This document shows positions 22,480 through 31,706 of a stretch of DNA of 64,000 bases, one piece after another. The stretch is from Flavobacteriales bacterium. GTDB taxonomy: Bacteria; Bacteroidota; Bacteroidia; Palsa-965. The stretch lies in NCBI GenBank assembly GCA_040377305.1, contig JBEIPA010000009.1, positions 32,001 through 96,000 of the forward strand, read 5' to 3'. Under the pieces are notes generated by a model, which saw only the letters and a program-made list of their open reading frames with translations, was not told the DNA's origin and made no database searches. Numbering within the stretch: the stretch's first letter is position 1; each line of letters begins with the position of its first letter. A program made the position numbers and the translations under genes.

Positions 22480-22743
22480 AAGCGCACAAAGTTACATTCG
22501 GGTGGTCGTTTTAACCGCCGGTTTATTTTAATTCGATATGCTTTTGTACATTTTTGACACTATCTGAAGTGGTGAAACGGCTGTTTGTCGGGCTTCTGTC
22601 AGTGGGGTGTGTTTAGCGCTTCAGTAAGATTAAGTATACCATTGCAATAATGTTCGAAGTAGATCATCTTGCTATTAAGACACAAAGTGAGCAGGCAAGA
22701 AGTCAAAGCGTATTTTCCGCCAGAAATCCCCGTCCCGATTTCT

Positions 22744-22751
22744 TACATTTG
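22744..22751 (+). promoter_or_regulatory. Bacteroidota -7 promoter box (TACATTTG) upstream of the tRNA fragment
   Basis: Matches TAnnTTTG and ends 17 nt before the tRNA 5' end. Confidence 0.65.
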
Positions 22752-22768
22752 CCCTCCAAAGTAAATTC

Positions 22769-22814
22769 GCGCCTATAGCTCAGGGGTTAGAGCTCCGGAC
22801 TCATAATCCGTTGG
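22769..22814 (+). pseudogene. 5' half of a CAT-anticodon tRNA with no T-arm; probable left attachment site
   Basis: GCGCCTA-TA-GCTC AGGGGTTA GAGC-T-CCGGA CTCATAA TCCGT-TGG, then sequence with no TTC T-loop. Confidence 0.8.
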
Positions 22815-22922
22815 AAGAGGAAAAAATAACGGGGATTCCGCATAAAAGGCGCGAAATGTTGAAATGACGGAGAAGAAGTGCTTTGAAGGAGTGCTTCACT
22901 AGAAAAGTGAAAGAATAAAATA

Positions 22923-22996
22923 GGGCCCATAGCTCATTCGGTTAGAGCAGCAGACTCATAATCTGTTGGTGGTCGGTTCGATTCCGACTGGGCCCA
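22923..22996 (+). tRNA. tRNA with CAT anticodon, most likely tRNA-Ile2 (lysidine)
   Basis: Full cloverleaf: GGGCCCA/TGGGCCC acceptor, GCTC/GAGC D-stem, GCAGA-CTCATAA-TCTGT, GTCGG-TTCGATT-CCGAC. It lacks initiator features and resembles Ile2 tRNAs overall. Confidence 0.92.
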
Positions 22997-23000
22997 CATT

Positions 23001-23042
23001 AAGGAGAATTCGTTGCAATAGATGCAGCAGGTTCTCCTTTTT
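23001..23042 (+). terminator. Terminator after the tRNA
   Basis: aaggagaa...ttctcctt followed by a T-tract. Confidence 0.6.
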
Positions 23043-23175
23043 CATTGGCAGGTTTACCATGGACGAACTTTCCCTGAAAACAATTTTAGAGCTCGGTCTT
23101 GGCTAAAATATTTAGTCCTTTCCGCATGCCACATGGTTTCGATTTACCTTGCATTGTAATCAACCTATATTAAAT

Positions 23176-24135
23176 ATGGCAGGTAGAACAAAAATTCCGC
23201 GCGCGACTGAGAATCAAGTCATGTTTAAGTCCATGGGTTATTGCTACTGCAGGAAACCCGGGGTTCACATTCATCACATTGATTTGGAGAAAACGAATCA
23301 CGACTTCGACAATTTGGTTATGATTTGCTTCGAGCATCACGATGACGCATCTGTAAAAGGTGGATTGAAACGTAGACCAAATGCAACGCAGATTAAAATG
23401 ATGAGAGATCAGTTATACTTAGACAATGACGAAAAGCGTAAGCTTGAACTTGAGCACTATAACAAACAACTCAAAACAGTAAGTCCAAAAAATCTGCGCC
23501 AAGCGGCGATGGATGCGAATATTATTATGAAATGGATTGATTTGCGGGAGGGCTTTTTTGATGAACCCGATTGGGGAAAACGAGGGGAACGATTGTATAA
23601 ATTCCAACGCTATTCAGAATACTCCAGTCTTTACACGAAGCAATATGCTATCAATTTTGCAGTGGAATTATCGAGCTGGACGCGAAATGATATGCCGTGG
23701 GGATTTGCGTATGGAATTGAGTCTCTAATTCTGGATTATTTTCCTTTTTCCGAGGAAGAAGATGATCGTCCGAAGGTTATTGAACTGTGTAAAAAATGTG
23801 CACATGCTGCCGCGAATATCGTGTATGACGCCTCCCTTTATTTAAATGATTTATCCGTGGCGAGTGTTGGATTAGAAATTTTGAAATACGTTTATAGACA
23901 GGGAGTTGAATTAGGGATACGCGAAGTTTCCGATGCTGTGCTAGAAGAATATGTTGATTTAAAACAACACCTTGACCGACCTGAGCGAAATGATCTGACG
24001 GACTCGAAGCGTTTACTGCAAGTGTTCAAAGATGATCTGGATAAACGAGGCTTAGGATTTCCGAACAATATTGATCGTGATTTATGGGAAAAAATATGCG
24101 TTCAGAGAGACGAAAAGAAGATCAAGAGTGTATAG
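23176..24135 (+). CDS. HNH-endonuclease-domain protein with a large unknown C-terminal region
   Basis: CYC...HIHHID...NHDFDNLVMICFEHHD. Confidence 0.75.
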   Translation: MAGRTKIPRATENQVMFKSMGYCYCRKPGVHIHHIDLEKTNHDFDNLVMICFEHHDDASVKGGLKRRPNATQIKMMRDQLYLDNDEKRKLELEHYNKQLKTVSPKNLRQAAMDANIIMKWIDLREGFFDEPDWGKRGERLYKFQRYSEYSSLYTKQYAINFAVELSSWTRNDMPWGFAYGIESLILDYFPFSEEEDDRPKVIELCKKCAHAAANIVYDASLYLNDLSVASVGLEILKYVYRQGVELGIREVSDAVLEEYVDLKQHLDRPERNDLTDSKRLLQVFKDDLDKRGLGFPNNIDRDLWEKICVQRDEKKIKSV

Positions 24136-24144
24136 TGCTACATC

Positions 24145-24852
24145 TTATGGCCTCTTATATATTTCAATTAGCAGCTTAATCAAGGGCACGTAAATATCTT
24201 CTATATCTCGGTCAATGCTTCCGATGGTTCTTCCCTGAAGAAATACGTGTGCATCTACGTTGCGACGCATCAGTTTTAGAACCTCCAGGGAACTAGCAAG
24301 CTCCTCTTGTTCCGTTACACTGATTTTACCAGCTGTTACTAGTTTTGGTATTTCTGTTGAATATATTTTGTGCAGCGTGGGTGTATTTATTTCTAAAGGG
24401 TGTACTATGCCGACACTAAGGAACTGCGACTGCAGCCAAGGATTGTTGTCGCATTTAATATTGAGATTGTTTACGTGAGCGTAGACCTTTTGATATTTGT
24501 TCAGCGTATAGCTTTTGTTGTATGCTTTTGCTTCTTGATACGTATTAAACTGGGTTCGCCTTGGTGGTGGTTTCTTTTTCTTATCATCAAAATCACTGCG
24601 TCGAGAAATTGAAAGTACGCGATGTTTTAATAAAACAGCCTTGGACAGTGTTTCAACGCCTACACCAAATCCGATCCAAAAGAGGTGCGCTTCAACTAGG
24701 TTGTTCATTAGCTCGCCTTGTTTTTTTCGATAGTCGTTGGAAAACGAAATGAGGTCGCTAGAATCAAATTCAAAAATTCCTTTGTACCCGATCAACATTT
24801 TGGCATAGTTAAAGAGGGATTGATCCCACCCGCTGAAATCATGATAAACCAT
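24145..24852 (-). CDS. Putative HEPN-like RNase
   Basis: GVETLSKAVL helix and RRNVDAH (R-x4-H). Start moved to the ATG at 24852 to avoid overlapping the symE-like gene. Confidence 0.55.
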   Translation of the reverse strand: MVYHDFSGWDQSLFNYAKMLIGYKGIFEFDSSDLISFSNDYRKKQGELMNNLVEAHLFWIGFGVGVETLSKAVLLKHRVLSISRRSDFDDKKKKPPPRRTQFNTYQEAKAYNKSYTLNKYQKVYAHVNNLNIKCDNNPWLQSQFLSVGIVHPLEINTPTLHKIYSTEIPKLVTAGKISVTEQEELASSLEVLKLMRRNVDAHVFLQGRTIGSIDRDIEDIYVPLIKLLIEIYKRP

Positions 24853-24938
24853 ATTGTTGTAAGTTGAGATTACAGTTATCCCCTTCGTGATTTTGTTGGT
24901 CGGAGTTATGCTCTCCGGAGGCAACAAAAAAAGAATAT

Positions 24939-25169
24939 ATGGAATCAGAAAACGAAGCTCCTGAGCCAAAACGAAGTCCCCGCAAGGTACAATACATCTT
25001 TTGCAAGAGAAAAAAGAGAATTGTGGCGTTGCCATTAATTCGTCTGTCTGGATATTATCTTGCGGAGTACGGTTTCGGTATTGGAGATGAAATTAATGTC
25101 GCTTACGAAAAAGGTCGTATCACAATAACAAAGACATTGGAGTTTCATCAATGTGAAAAGCCTGGGTAA
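24939..25169 (+). CDS. SymE-family type I toxin
   Basis: PLIRLSGYYLAEYGFGIGDEINV...GRITI matches the SymE pattern PxIxLxGxWLxxxGFxxG. Confidence 0.8.
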   Translation: MESENEAPEPKRSPRKVQYIFCKRKKRIVALPLIRLSGYYLAEYGFGIGDEINVAYEKGRITITKTLEFHQCEKPG

Positions 25170-25181
25170 CCAGGCTTTTAA
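25157..25181. terminator. Bidirectional terminator
   Basis: aaaagcctgg-gtaa-ccaggctttt. Confidence 0.7.
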
Positions 25182-25237
25182 CTATTGCTAAGCGAATTGT
25201 ATTTACAAGTCTTTTGAATTATCAATTAATAAACGTT

Positions 25238-25978
25238 TCACTTGTGCCTTGCAGCAGCAGCGGCAATATGTCCGGCAAAAGAGGATACAAATGTGCGCAA
25301 ATCGGTCATGGTTGATAGATCTGAGTAGTCTCCAGTATTGGAGGATGATTTTGAAGAGGCAATGATAGCGGCTGCAGTATATAGTTGTTCCTTCACTAGC
25401 TTTTGACACAAAAGGTCATACCTTTTAAGGTATGACGCACCTTTGAAATCTGGGAAGACTGAATAGTGTGGGGAGACATCTTTGACAATGGATCGAGAGC
25501 CAGGGGCGTCTTCTACCAACATCAGCCAGCCGACAAATGGTCGTGGTTGATCACCAAAAGCACCTTCACGATAAGCAGTCCAAAAGTCATGGGCGGTTCC
25601 TATTGCTTCTTCTGTTCGGTTGTTGAAATTATTTCCAAACGAAGGCCCAACTTGACTCTTTAATTCAATTGCAGCAATTAGCTGTTTGTCATGTATTACT
25701 AGTAAGTCCCACAATTTTGTAGGTCTGAAATAACCGGGCAATGTTAAGACGGAACGTTGCAAGTGCAGACTAGCATGCGCCATTCCATTTGCACGCACAA
25801 TATCAAGAATGAGACTAACAAAGCCATCCATGTTTTTTCCAGAGGTAACACTTCCTCGTTGTCCCCGATCGCTATTGCCAAGCTCTATTTGTTTCAATCG
25901 AGCAGTTTCACGATTACCCCAAAAAGCTTTAACAGCCTCTTTCGCTTTCTTATCATAATCAACAAGATCTAGGCTCAT
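25238..25978 (-). CDS. PaeR7I/XhoI-family type II restriction endonuclease
   Basis: [12 protein letters not shown]...[24 protein letters not shown]. Overlaps the methyltransferase stop (ATGA). Confidence 0.9.
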   Translation of the reverse strand: MSLDLVDYDKKAKEAVKAFWGNRETARLKQIELGNSDRGQRGSVTSGKNMDGFVSLILDIVRANGMAHASLHLQRSVLTLPGYFRPTKLWDLLVIHDKQLIAAIELKSQVGPSFGNNFNNRTEEAIGTAHDFWTAYREGAFGDQPRPFVGWLMLVEDAPGSRSIVKDVSPHYSVFPDFKGASYLKRYDLLCQKLVKEQLYTAAAIIASSKSSSNTGDYSDLSTMTDLRTFVSSFAGHIAAAAARHK

Positions 25979-27684
25979 GGTTTTTTACTAATTAGAATAA
26001 AAGATTCTTCCTCAGTTAGGTGATAGAGAGCAGCGACAGCAATATTACACGACTCAATATCATGATTTTTCGCCGCTTGAATAAGAGCTTTACGAAGATT
26101 TTTTGGAACGTCATTCCATCTCGGTATTCGAATGCGACGCAGATATTGAGCTTGAAAGCGTAAATATCCTCCGCGCATTTTTGTCGAGTATGTCTCAATA
26201 AATGCGTGGGTTACACTGGACAGTAACACGGCTTGAAGCGCTCTCAGATCCCATTCCCTAGAAGTAATATAATAGAGATTATGATGTGGGTAGACTCTTC
26301 CAGAGTCATATACAACATTTGCTTCTCCCTTAATATCAGGGATTAATAGTTTAGGTGTTGTAGTTAATGCTGGATGAATTTTATCGATCGTTCGATACCA
26401 ATTTTTTGGATTCTTTTTTGCGCAATGTCTACCGGCAATCATTTCTTTTCGCTGATGCAGATATTGCTTTAATTTCTTGAACTTTTTTAAATCAACTAAT
26501 TCCCCATTTTGATCAAATGGATTGATAACCCCAAGTCCTTGCCACTTGACCTTCCCTGAAATGATATCCTTGGTTGTCCCAAGCGGCAATTTTCGAGAGG
26601 GCTCTACTCTCAATTTATCGAAGTATCCAATAAAAGCCTTGTCGGCCCCAGTTGCAACCCCAATACCAACTTTGCATCCTGTTTCTTCAAGTAATGGCAA
26701 AGATTGCTCAAGGCGACGTATGATGTCAATTTTTGCATGAGAATGCATCAGCCAAGGTTCTACACCATTAGCTACGTTAGAAAGTTCCTTGATGGAACTT
26801 GAAGCTCCTAATTTCTTTGCTAGTAATTCCTTGGCTAGTAAGGAAAGTTCAGCTTTATTGATTCGCGGGCGAAATACGATTCGAGTATATTTTGACTTTG
26901 TGCGAGCAATAATAGTGATTGCGGGGTATGCAATAACATCACTCTCAAATGCACGCGTATCCATCATATCAATATACACTTTCAAATGAAAATCTTTTGA
27001 AACGAAAGCACGTAAAGGACCACCATATCGATTTTTCATCCATCGATCCGCGCAGATGAAACCAAGCTCACCCTTCTGCGTTAGAAGCGATAATGAACGC
27101 TCAATAAAAGGTATGTATAGGTCGGCTCGATCGTATATTGTAGGATATAGTTTTCGATACTTAGCCATCAACTTAGGAGCAATCGATTCTTGGCGAACAT
27201 ATGGAGGATTGCCAACAACGAAATCAAACCTGCCGCCTACACTAGTGAGCAGAAAGTCGTCGTTTATCAGCCAGCGTTGCGTTAACACTTGCGCCGAGCT
27301 CGCACTCACCCCTTTGTTTTGCAATAACTTTGAGATCTTCCTACGGGTTGTTAGAAAAGTTTCGTTATCCAATTCTACTGCGCAAATAGAATCTCCTAAA
27401 TCCGTTACAATATTTTCACTTGTACGATGTTTATCCCAGGAATTAATGAGTCGCTCGATGATCGGAATCAAGAATGCACCTTCACCAAATGACGGTTCTA
27501 ATATTCGCTTAGTAAAGAGTGGTTGATCTTCAGTATAGCCGACTAGATCAAGAATAAATGTAACAACTTCGTGACGCGTAAATATCGCACCACGATCCAC
27601 AGTGCTTTTGAGGTACGCGGTCGGGAGAGAAGCAGTTTCCAAAATTGTGAGTCGAGTTTGGGCTTTTAGATCAATAAGTGGCAT
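25975..27684 (-). CDS. N6-adenine DNA methyltransferase (gamma class, M.PaeR7I/XhoI-like)
   Basis: [11 protein letters not shown] (motif I), GNPPYVR (motif IV) and a TaqI-like C-terminus. Confidence 0.9.
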   Translation of the reverse strand: MPLIDLKAQTRLTILETASLPTAYLKSTVDRGAIFTRHEVVTFILDLVGYTEDQPLFTKRILEPSFGEGAFLIPIIERLINSWDKHRTSENIVTDLGDSICAVELDNETFLTTRRKISKLLQNKGVSASSAQVLTQRWLINDDFLLTSVGGRFDFVVGNPPYVRQESIAPKLMAKYRKLYPTIYDRADLYIPFIERSLSLLTQKGELGFICADRWMKNRYGGPLRAFVSKDFHLKVYIDMMDTRAFESDVIAYPAITIIARTKSKYTRIVFRPRINKAELSLLAKELLAKKLGASSSIKELSNVANGVEPWLMHSHAKIDIIRRLEQSLPLLEETGCKVGIGVATGADKAFIGYFDKLRVEPSRKLPLGTTKDIISGKVKWQGLGVINPFDQNGELVDLKKFKKLKQYLHQRKEMIAGRHCAKKNPKNWYRTIDKIHPALTTTPKLLIPDIKGEANVVYDSGRVYPHHNLYYITSREWDLRALQAVLLSSVTHAFIETYSTKMRGGYLRFQAQYLRRIRIPRWNDVPKNLRKALIQAAKNHDIESCNIAVAALYHLTEEESFILISKKP

Positions 27685-27697
27685 AAAGGTAAATAGT

Positions 27698-27725
27698 ATT
27701 ATACCCTTGACTGCTAGGGAATCAA
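27698..27725 (-). promoter_or_regulatory. sigma70-like promoter TTGATT-16-TATAAT upstream of the methyltransferase
   Basis: Read on the minus strand; the -10 box ends 13 nt before the ATG. Confidence 0.55.
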
Positions 27726-27779
27726 AATTTCAAGTAACATTTCGTAAGCGTCCTAATGCTTCGGACTGCCTCTCCACAT

Positions 27780-28565
27780 TTACATTGGGAAATTGGCTGT
27801 AAGGACTTCAATCTTTCTCCTATTGTTTTTCGACGCGCCGGGCACCGATAAACTCATTTCGATAGTTTTGGTCTTCCATTTCCCCTTTCGAGAATATTTC
27901 TCCAGTAAGTCCGAAGGATAGCTGGAAAGAATAAATTTTCCTTTGATTTTAGACAATACAACCAGGAGGTGTTCAAAGTCAGCACGTGTATAACCGCCAT
28001 AATGCCCCATAGCGGAGTTAAAATAAGGAGGGTCGAGGTAGAAGAAGGCTTTAGGGTTGTCGCGCGTTAAAACGACCTCGAGCGCGTCACGACATTCGAT
28101 CTGTACGCGTTCGAGGCGGTCGGCATACGTTTTGGCGAACGATATTTTTTTGGAGTGGAACTTGCGCTCAGAGGTACTATCCTGTACTCCACAAGACCAG
28201 GTGCTGTCTAGGATAGAACTGTATGATTGCATCGCCATGACATATACTGCCCAAGCGCGTTCGATGTTGGTGAAGAGATGCGGATTTGAATAGATGAAGC
28301 GAGCTTTAAAGTGTAACCCTCGGCTATGCAACGTTGCGCCGATCTCCTTTTTCAATTTGGGAAATTCTGTTTTCACCGTTCGGTAGAAATTTATTACTTC
28401 CCCGTTCAGATCATTTACGACTTCAATCTTCGATGGTGGCTTGGCGAATAGAATTGCACCGCCGCCAAAGAACGGTTCACAGTACAATTCATGCTTCGGA
28501 ATAAGTGGCAGTATGGTCGGCACTAATTTCTGTTTGCCGCCGTAGTAGGTAAGAAGGGCTTTCAC
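27780..28565 (-). CDS. Dam/D12-class DNA adenine methyltransferase
   Basis: YYGGKQ, EPFFGGGA, NDLN and YLDPPY. Probable GTG start at 28565. Confidence 0.88.
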   Translation of the reverse strand: MKALLTYYGGKQKLVPTILPLIPKHELYCEPFFGGGAILFAKPPSKIEVVNDLNGEVINFYRTVKTEFPKLKKEIGATLHSRGLHFKARFIYSNPHLFTNIERAWAVYVMAMQSYSSILDSTWSCGVQDSTSERKFHSKKISFAKTYADRLERVQIECRDALEVVLTRDNPKAFFYLDPPYFNSAMGHYGGYTRADFEHLLVVLSKIKGKFILSSYPSDLLEKYSRKGKWKTKTIEMSLSVPGASKNNRRKIEVLTANFPM

Positions 28566-28569
28566 GACT

Positions 28570-28782
28570 TTAGAGATCGCGACCGCATTCGCGATCCTGA
28601 TCATAAAGACTTGTAATTGTCAGACCATCCTCCATTGCCATTTTGACGATTGAGGTATACAGAAGTTGTTCTTTAGCGTGCTTGAACACGCGATGTATTT
28701 CTTCAGCTGAAAAATCCTTGATTTTATTTTTGCGCATGAGGTTGAATGCACTTTGCTTCATGCGCTCATAAGGTGTTGGCAT
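28570..28782 (-). CDS. Hypothetical protein
   Basis: Co-oriented and tightly packed within the operon. Confidence 0.55.
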   Translation of the reverse strand: MPTPYERMKQSAFNLMRKNKIKDFSAEEIHRVFKHAKEQLLYTSIVKMAMEDGLTITSLYDQDRECGRDL

Positions 28783-28829
28783 TGATGTGGTTTGATTGCC
28801 CTTTTAAGGGCCTTATTTTTTGTAAGAAT

Positions 28830-29276
28830 TTATTTTGTAGGAGTTTCTTTTGTTATGCGCATTTTGTGCGCAAGTTGAGCGCAGAGTTTGCCGAACTCAG
28901 GAGAAAAATCTGCGCAGGGTGTTTCGCTTTCCCCAGAGTTTTCCCCTGTGCTATCCACAGCGATGCGATAGTAGAGTCGGGTCTTCCCTTTTCGGTCATT
29001 GGGTGTGTGCAATACTCGACCATGATCATCAGCTACAAGGATGAGATTACGGTATGTAAGTGAACGGACTGCACTGCCAACAGCGCGACGAGATAATCCG
29101 GTCTTCTTATGGAATTGCGATGCGGAAATCCAGTCATACACTTTACGCTTCTCGCTCTTAGCATCTTTCCAGCCTAGGGTTTGGCGCAGGATGATTAGAT
29201 AGAGCTTCAGTTCAGCTTCTGAGAGTGACGGGATATATTCAAATACCGCATTCGGAACGGGTGTTGTTTTTATCAT
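28830..29276 (-). CDS. Phage replication-protein-O-like winged-HTH protein
   Basis: TPVPN...LSEAELKLYLIILRQTLGW...DWISASQF...TGLSRRAV. Confidence 0.75.
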   Translation of the reverse strand: MIKTTPVPNAVFEYIPSLSEAELKLYLIILRQTLGWKDAKSEKRKVYDWISASQFHKKTGLSRRAVGSAVRSLTYRNLILVADDHGRVLHTPNDRKGKTRLYYRIAVDSTGENSGESETPCADFSPEFGKLCAQLAHKMRITKETPTK

Positions 29277-29312
29277 GCGAGGGTGACTTAGTGATGAAGG
29301 AATACTAAAGAA

Positions 29313-29528
29313 CTACTGAGGCAATTCTGTATTCGTGTCCGCATCGATGTCTGGGAGTTTCTCCTCCGTGTCGAAGAAGTAATACCTGACGCTTGGATTC
29401 TGATACAGGCGCATGAACATTCTTCCGGTGGCTTCATCGACATGGAGTTCACCGGTCCTGTAATACTTTCTTTTTTGCTCTCCGTCCTTTTCATAATCGG
29501 CGCGAGTCGCGATGTGAAATATTCGCAT
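29313..29528 (-). CDS. Small hypothetical protein with an acidic tail (phage/MGE type)
   Basis: YEKDGEQKRKYYRTG segment; acidic C-terminus; co-oriented with neighbours. Confidence 0.65.
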   Translation of the reverse strand: MRIFHIATRADYEKDGEQKRKYYRTGELHVDEATGRMFMRLYQNPSVRYYFFDTEEKLPDIDADTNTELPQ

Positions 29529-29618
29529 AGAATTATTTTATTAATACTTGATAATGCAGACGAGCGAGCAAGAAAAAGGCCTCGCTTTTAACGAGGCTTT
29601 AATCCAACATGCTATTTA

Positions 29619-29714
29619 CTAAATGAGTTCCCCTGCTTTTATCACATGCTCCACCAGCGTATACGTGTACCCCATTTCATTACGATACCACGTGAGCAAT
29701 TTCTGCTTCAACAT
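29619..29714 (-). CDS. 31-aa small ORF (MLKQKLLTWYRNEMGYTYTLVEHVIKAGELI)
   Basis: Hand translation. Preceded by TGCTATAAT and followed by the hairpin gcctcg-ttaaaag-cgaggc plus a T-tract. Confidence 0.5.
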   Translation of the reverse strand: MLKQKLLTWYRNEMGYTYTLVEHVIKAGELI

Positions 29715-29907
29715 GAATCGATTATAGCACATTGTATTAGAACCTCGCGGCTCGTCTGCGCAGTACAGAACCCACTTGTTTCCGCACTACGCACGCAAGC
29801 CGAGGAATATTGTCAATAAACTCTTGTTATTTTCTCACCAGTAGAACAAAAAAACAAGCGTGAGATTTGTTATCCCACACTTGTTTTCCTTTGGCAAATT
29901 GCCAGAT

Positions 29908-31029
29908 TTAATTTCGAACCCAGCGGCCAGTGCGAGAAGTCTTTACTGTCACCGGACGAATCTGACTTCTTACCAAACTATGAATAGGTCGCTTGTGTTC
30001 TGGAAACATTAATGCTCTTGATGGTGCTTTGTAGAGTGGATTTCCTCTCTTCTTCATCACCTGCACCCACTGTCGTTTCAATTCTTCTCCGAAGAGCATA
30101 GTGTACACCCAGGAGCTATCAAGACTTGCATGACCAAGCTGATTTGATACAGCAGAGTTGTCATGCAAAGTTTGAATTGTGTCTCGTCCGAAAGAATGCC
30201 TAATTGAGTGTGCATTGGTTACCACTGGAAAACCTGCTTTGTTAGAAAGCATGCGCATCATTTCCGCGATTCCTCGTGGGGTCATCCGCGAACCGCGAAT
30301 TGCGCTTCCCGGAGATTTTGTTATCGTAGTAAACAGTGCTTCCGAATGCTGAAATGTGAATTTCTTCTGCAGTTCGTTTTTCTTTTTCAACCAGCGCTTA
30401 ATCGCCTTTCCAGTTTCCGTAGTCCAGTAGATTTCTCTGACAGGACGGCGACCACGAGATTTTTCCGTTTTTATGAAGGCCGATCCCGATCCGTCTGACT
30501 TGAATTTTAAGTTCTCATCGTCGATCATGCACAATTCACCGCTACGCGCACCTGTATCCCAAAGGAGAAGCAAAAATGCTCGATTGCGAATGTAGTTGGG
30601 ATGATTTGTCCGAGAAGGAATCTGAGCTAGAAGTTTTCTGAAATCCTTGATATTGGACACTCGTGGAATATTGAATTCCTTTTCCCTAACTGGGATCAGT
30701 TGCTCACTAAACGCAACATTGTAACCTCTGAGATGACAGAATTCGAAGAATTTTTTGAGTGCAATTCCAACGAGATTCATGCCATTTGGCTTCCATCCGA
30801 GACGTTCAAGTTCTTTGAAGTACCAGATAATATGGGGAAGATCTACTTCCTCCAGCATCATATCCTGCATACACAGGCAAAAAATTCTAAGCGTAATCAG
30901 GTACCGCGACGCTGTTTTATGCGAACGCGGTCCCTTGGAACTCCTAAGTGATATAAATTCTTGTATTGCTTGACTTAATGACATAAATGCAAAATACCGC
31001 CGGGACACGGCGGTATTTGCTTCGTTCAT
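29908..31029 (-). CDS. Tyrosine recombinase/integrase (XerC/D-like)
   Basis: TGARSGE, KTEK, HSIRH, LGH and terminal VY; N-terminal SAM-like domain. Alternative start at 30984. Confidence 0.9.
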   Translation of the reverse strand: MNEANTAVSRRYFAFMSLSQAIQEFISLRSSKGPRSHKTASRYLITLRIFCLCMQDMMLEEVDLPHIIWYFKELERLGWKPNGMNLVGIALKKFFEFCHLRGYNVAFSEQLIPVREKEFNIPRVSNIKDFRKLLAQIPSRTNHPNYIRNRAFLLLLWDTGARSGELCMIDDENLKFKSDGSGSAFIKTEKSRGRRPVREIYWTTETGKAIKRWLKKKNELQKKFTFQHSEALFTTITKSPGSAIRGSRMTPRGIAEMMRMLSNKAGFPVVTNAHSIRHSFGRDTIQTLHDNSAVSNQLGHASLDSSWVYTMLFGEELKRQWVQVMKKRGNPLYKAPSRALMFPEHKRPIHSLVRSQIRPVTVKTSRTGRWVRN

Positions 31030-31210
31030 AGGTTGCCCTAAAAACTAGCCATTGGGATTTCCCAATGGCACGAACAGCATAGCACGCTTTTTCAGAATAT
31101 TAAAGAAAAAGTCAAACCTACTGTGCGCAATTACCGTTGTGTCCCAATTCCTCGCGGAATCGCTCCTTTCAGAGCAACGATTGTCCCTAATTGCTAATGT
31201 GCACGATGAA

Positions 31211-31239
31211 ACTTTATCACTTTATATCTCTCTTGTCAA
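31211..31239 (-). promoter_or_regulatory. sigma70-like promoter TTGACA-17-TAAAGT (with extended TG) facing the integrase
   Basis: Minus strand reads ttgaca agagagatataaagtga taaagt. Confidence 0.6.
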
Positions 31240-31288
31240 GAGCCTCGGAAATTCATCTTTATTTTTTCTTGATCTCAAAAATTTAGCA

Positions 31289-31678
31289 TCACCAAATAAT
31301 TTTGTACTTCAACTTCTCTAATGTTTCGTTTACGTTGAACGACGGTAAGAGATGTCCATCTTTCAATTCAGTCACGCGATATACGCGCTCATTGGTGATT
31401 TCGTATTTCAATCCGTACACCCGTTTCGGATTGTAGTAAAGAAAAAGATAAATCTCGTTCTCCTTCATCCTGAAAGTGAGATACACGTCTATCCATTCGT
31501 ATACGCGTTCTCGATACGGAATGACATATCGATTCTCCTGACTGATCTTCCAAAGAATTCCAAAATATCCATGCTGGTCCGGAATCGCGCAGATAGCAGG
31601 AAGTATTCCAACCGCTCTATTGAAGTCACGGATCGCGCCATCCAAGTACCGCGTCAACCGCATCTCGTCCATCATCAT
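31289..31678 (-). CDS. Hypothetical protein
   Basis: Plausible composition; tandem with the next ORF. Confidence 0.55.
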   Translation of the reverse strand: MMMDEMRLTRYLDGAIRDFNRAVGILPAICAIPDQHGYFGILWKISQENRYVIPYRERVYEWIDVYLTFRMKENEIYLFLYYNPKRVYGLKYEITNERVYRVTELKDGHLLPSFNVNETLEKLKYKIIW

Positions 31679-31706
31679 GCCGTCTATGTTTTCTCGTTGT
31701 ATTCAT

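Noticed and set aside
22769-22855. Functional tRNA with a long variable arm or an intron
   Set aside because: Acceptor-like pairing exists (GCGCCT/AGGCGC), but there is no T-arm consensus and the insert is far too short for a self-splicing intron.
24853-25035. N-terminal extension of the 296-aa ORF
   Set aside because: It overlaps the SymE-like gene on the opposite strand; the ATG at 24852 is more plausible.
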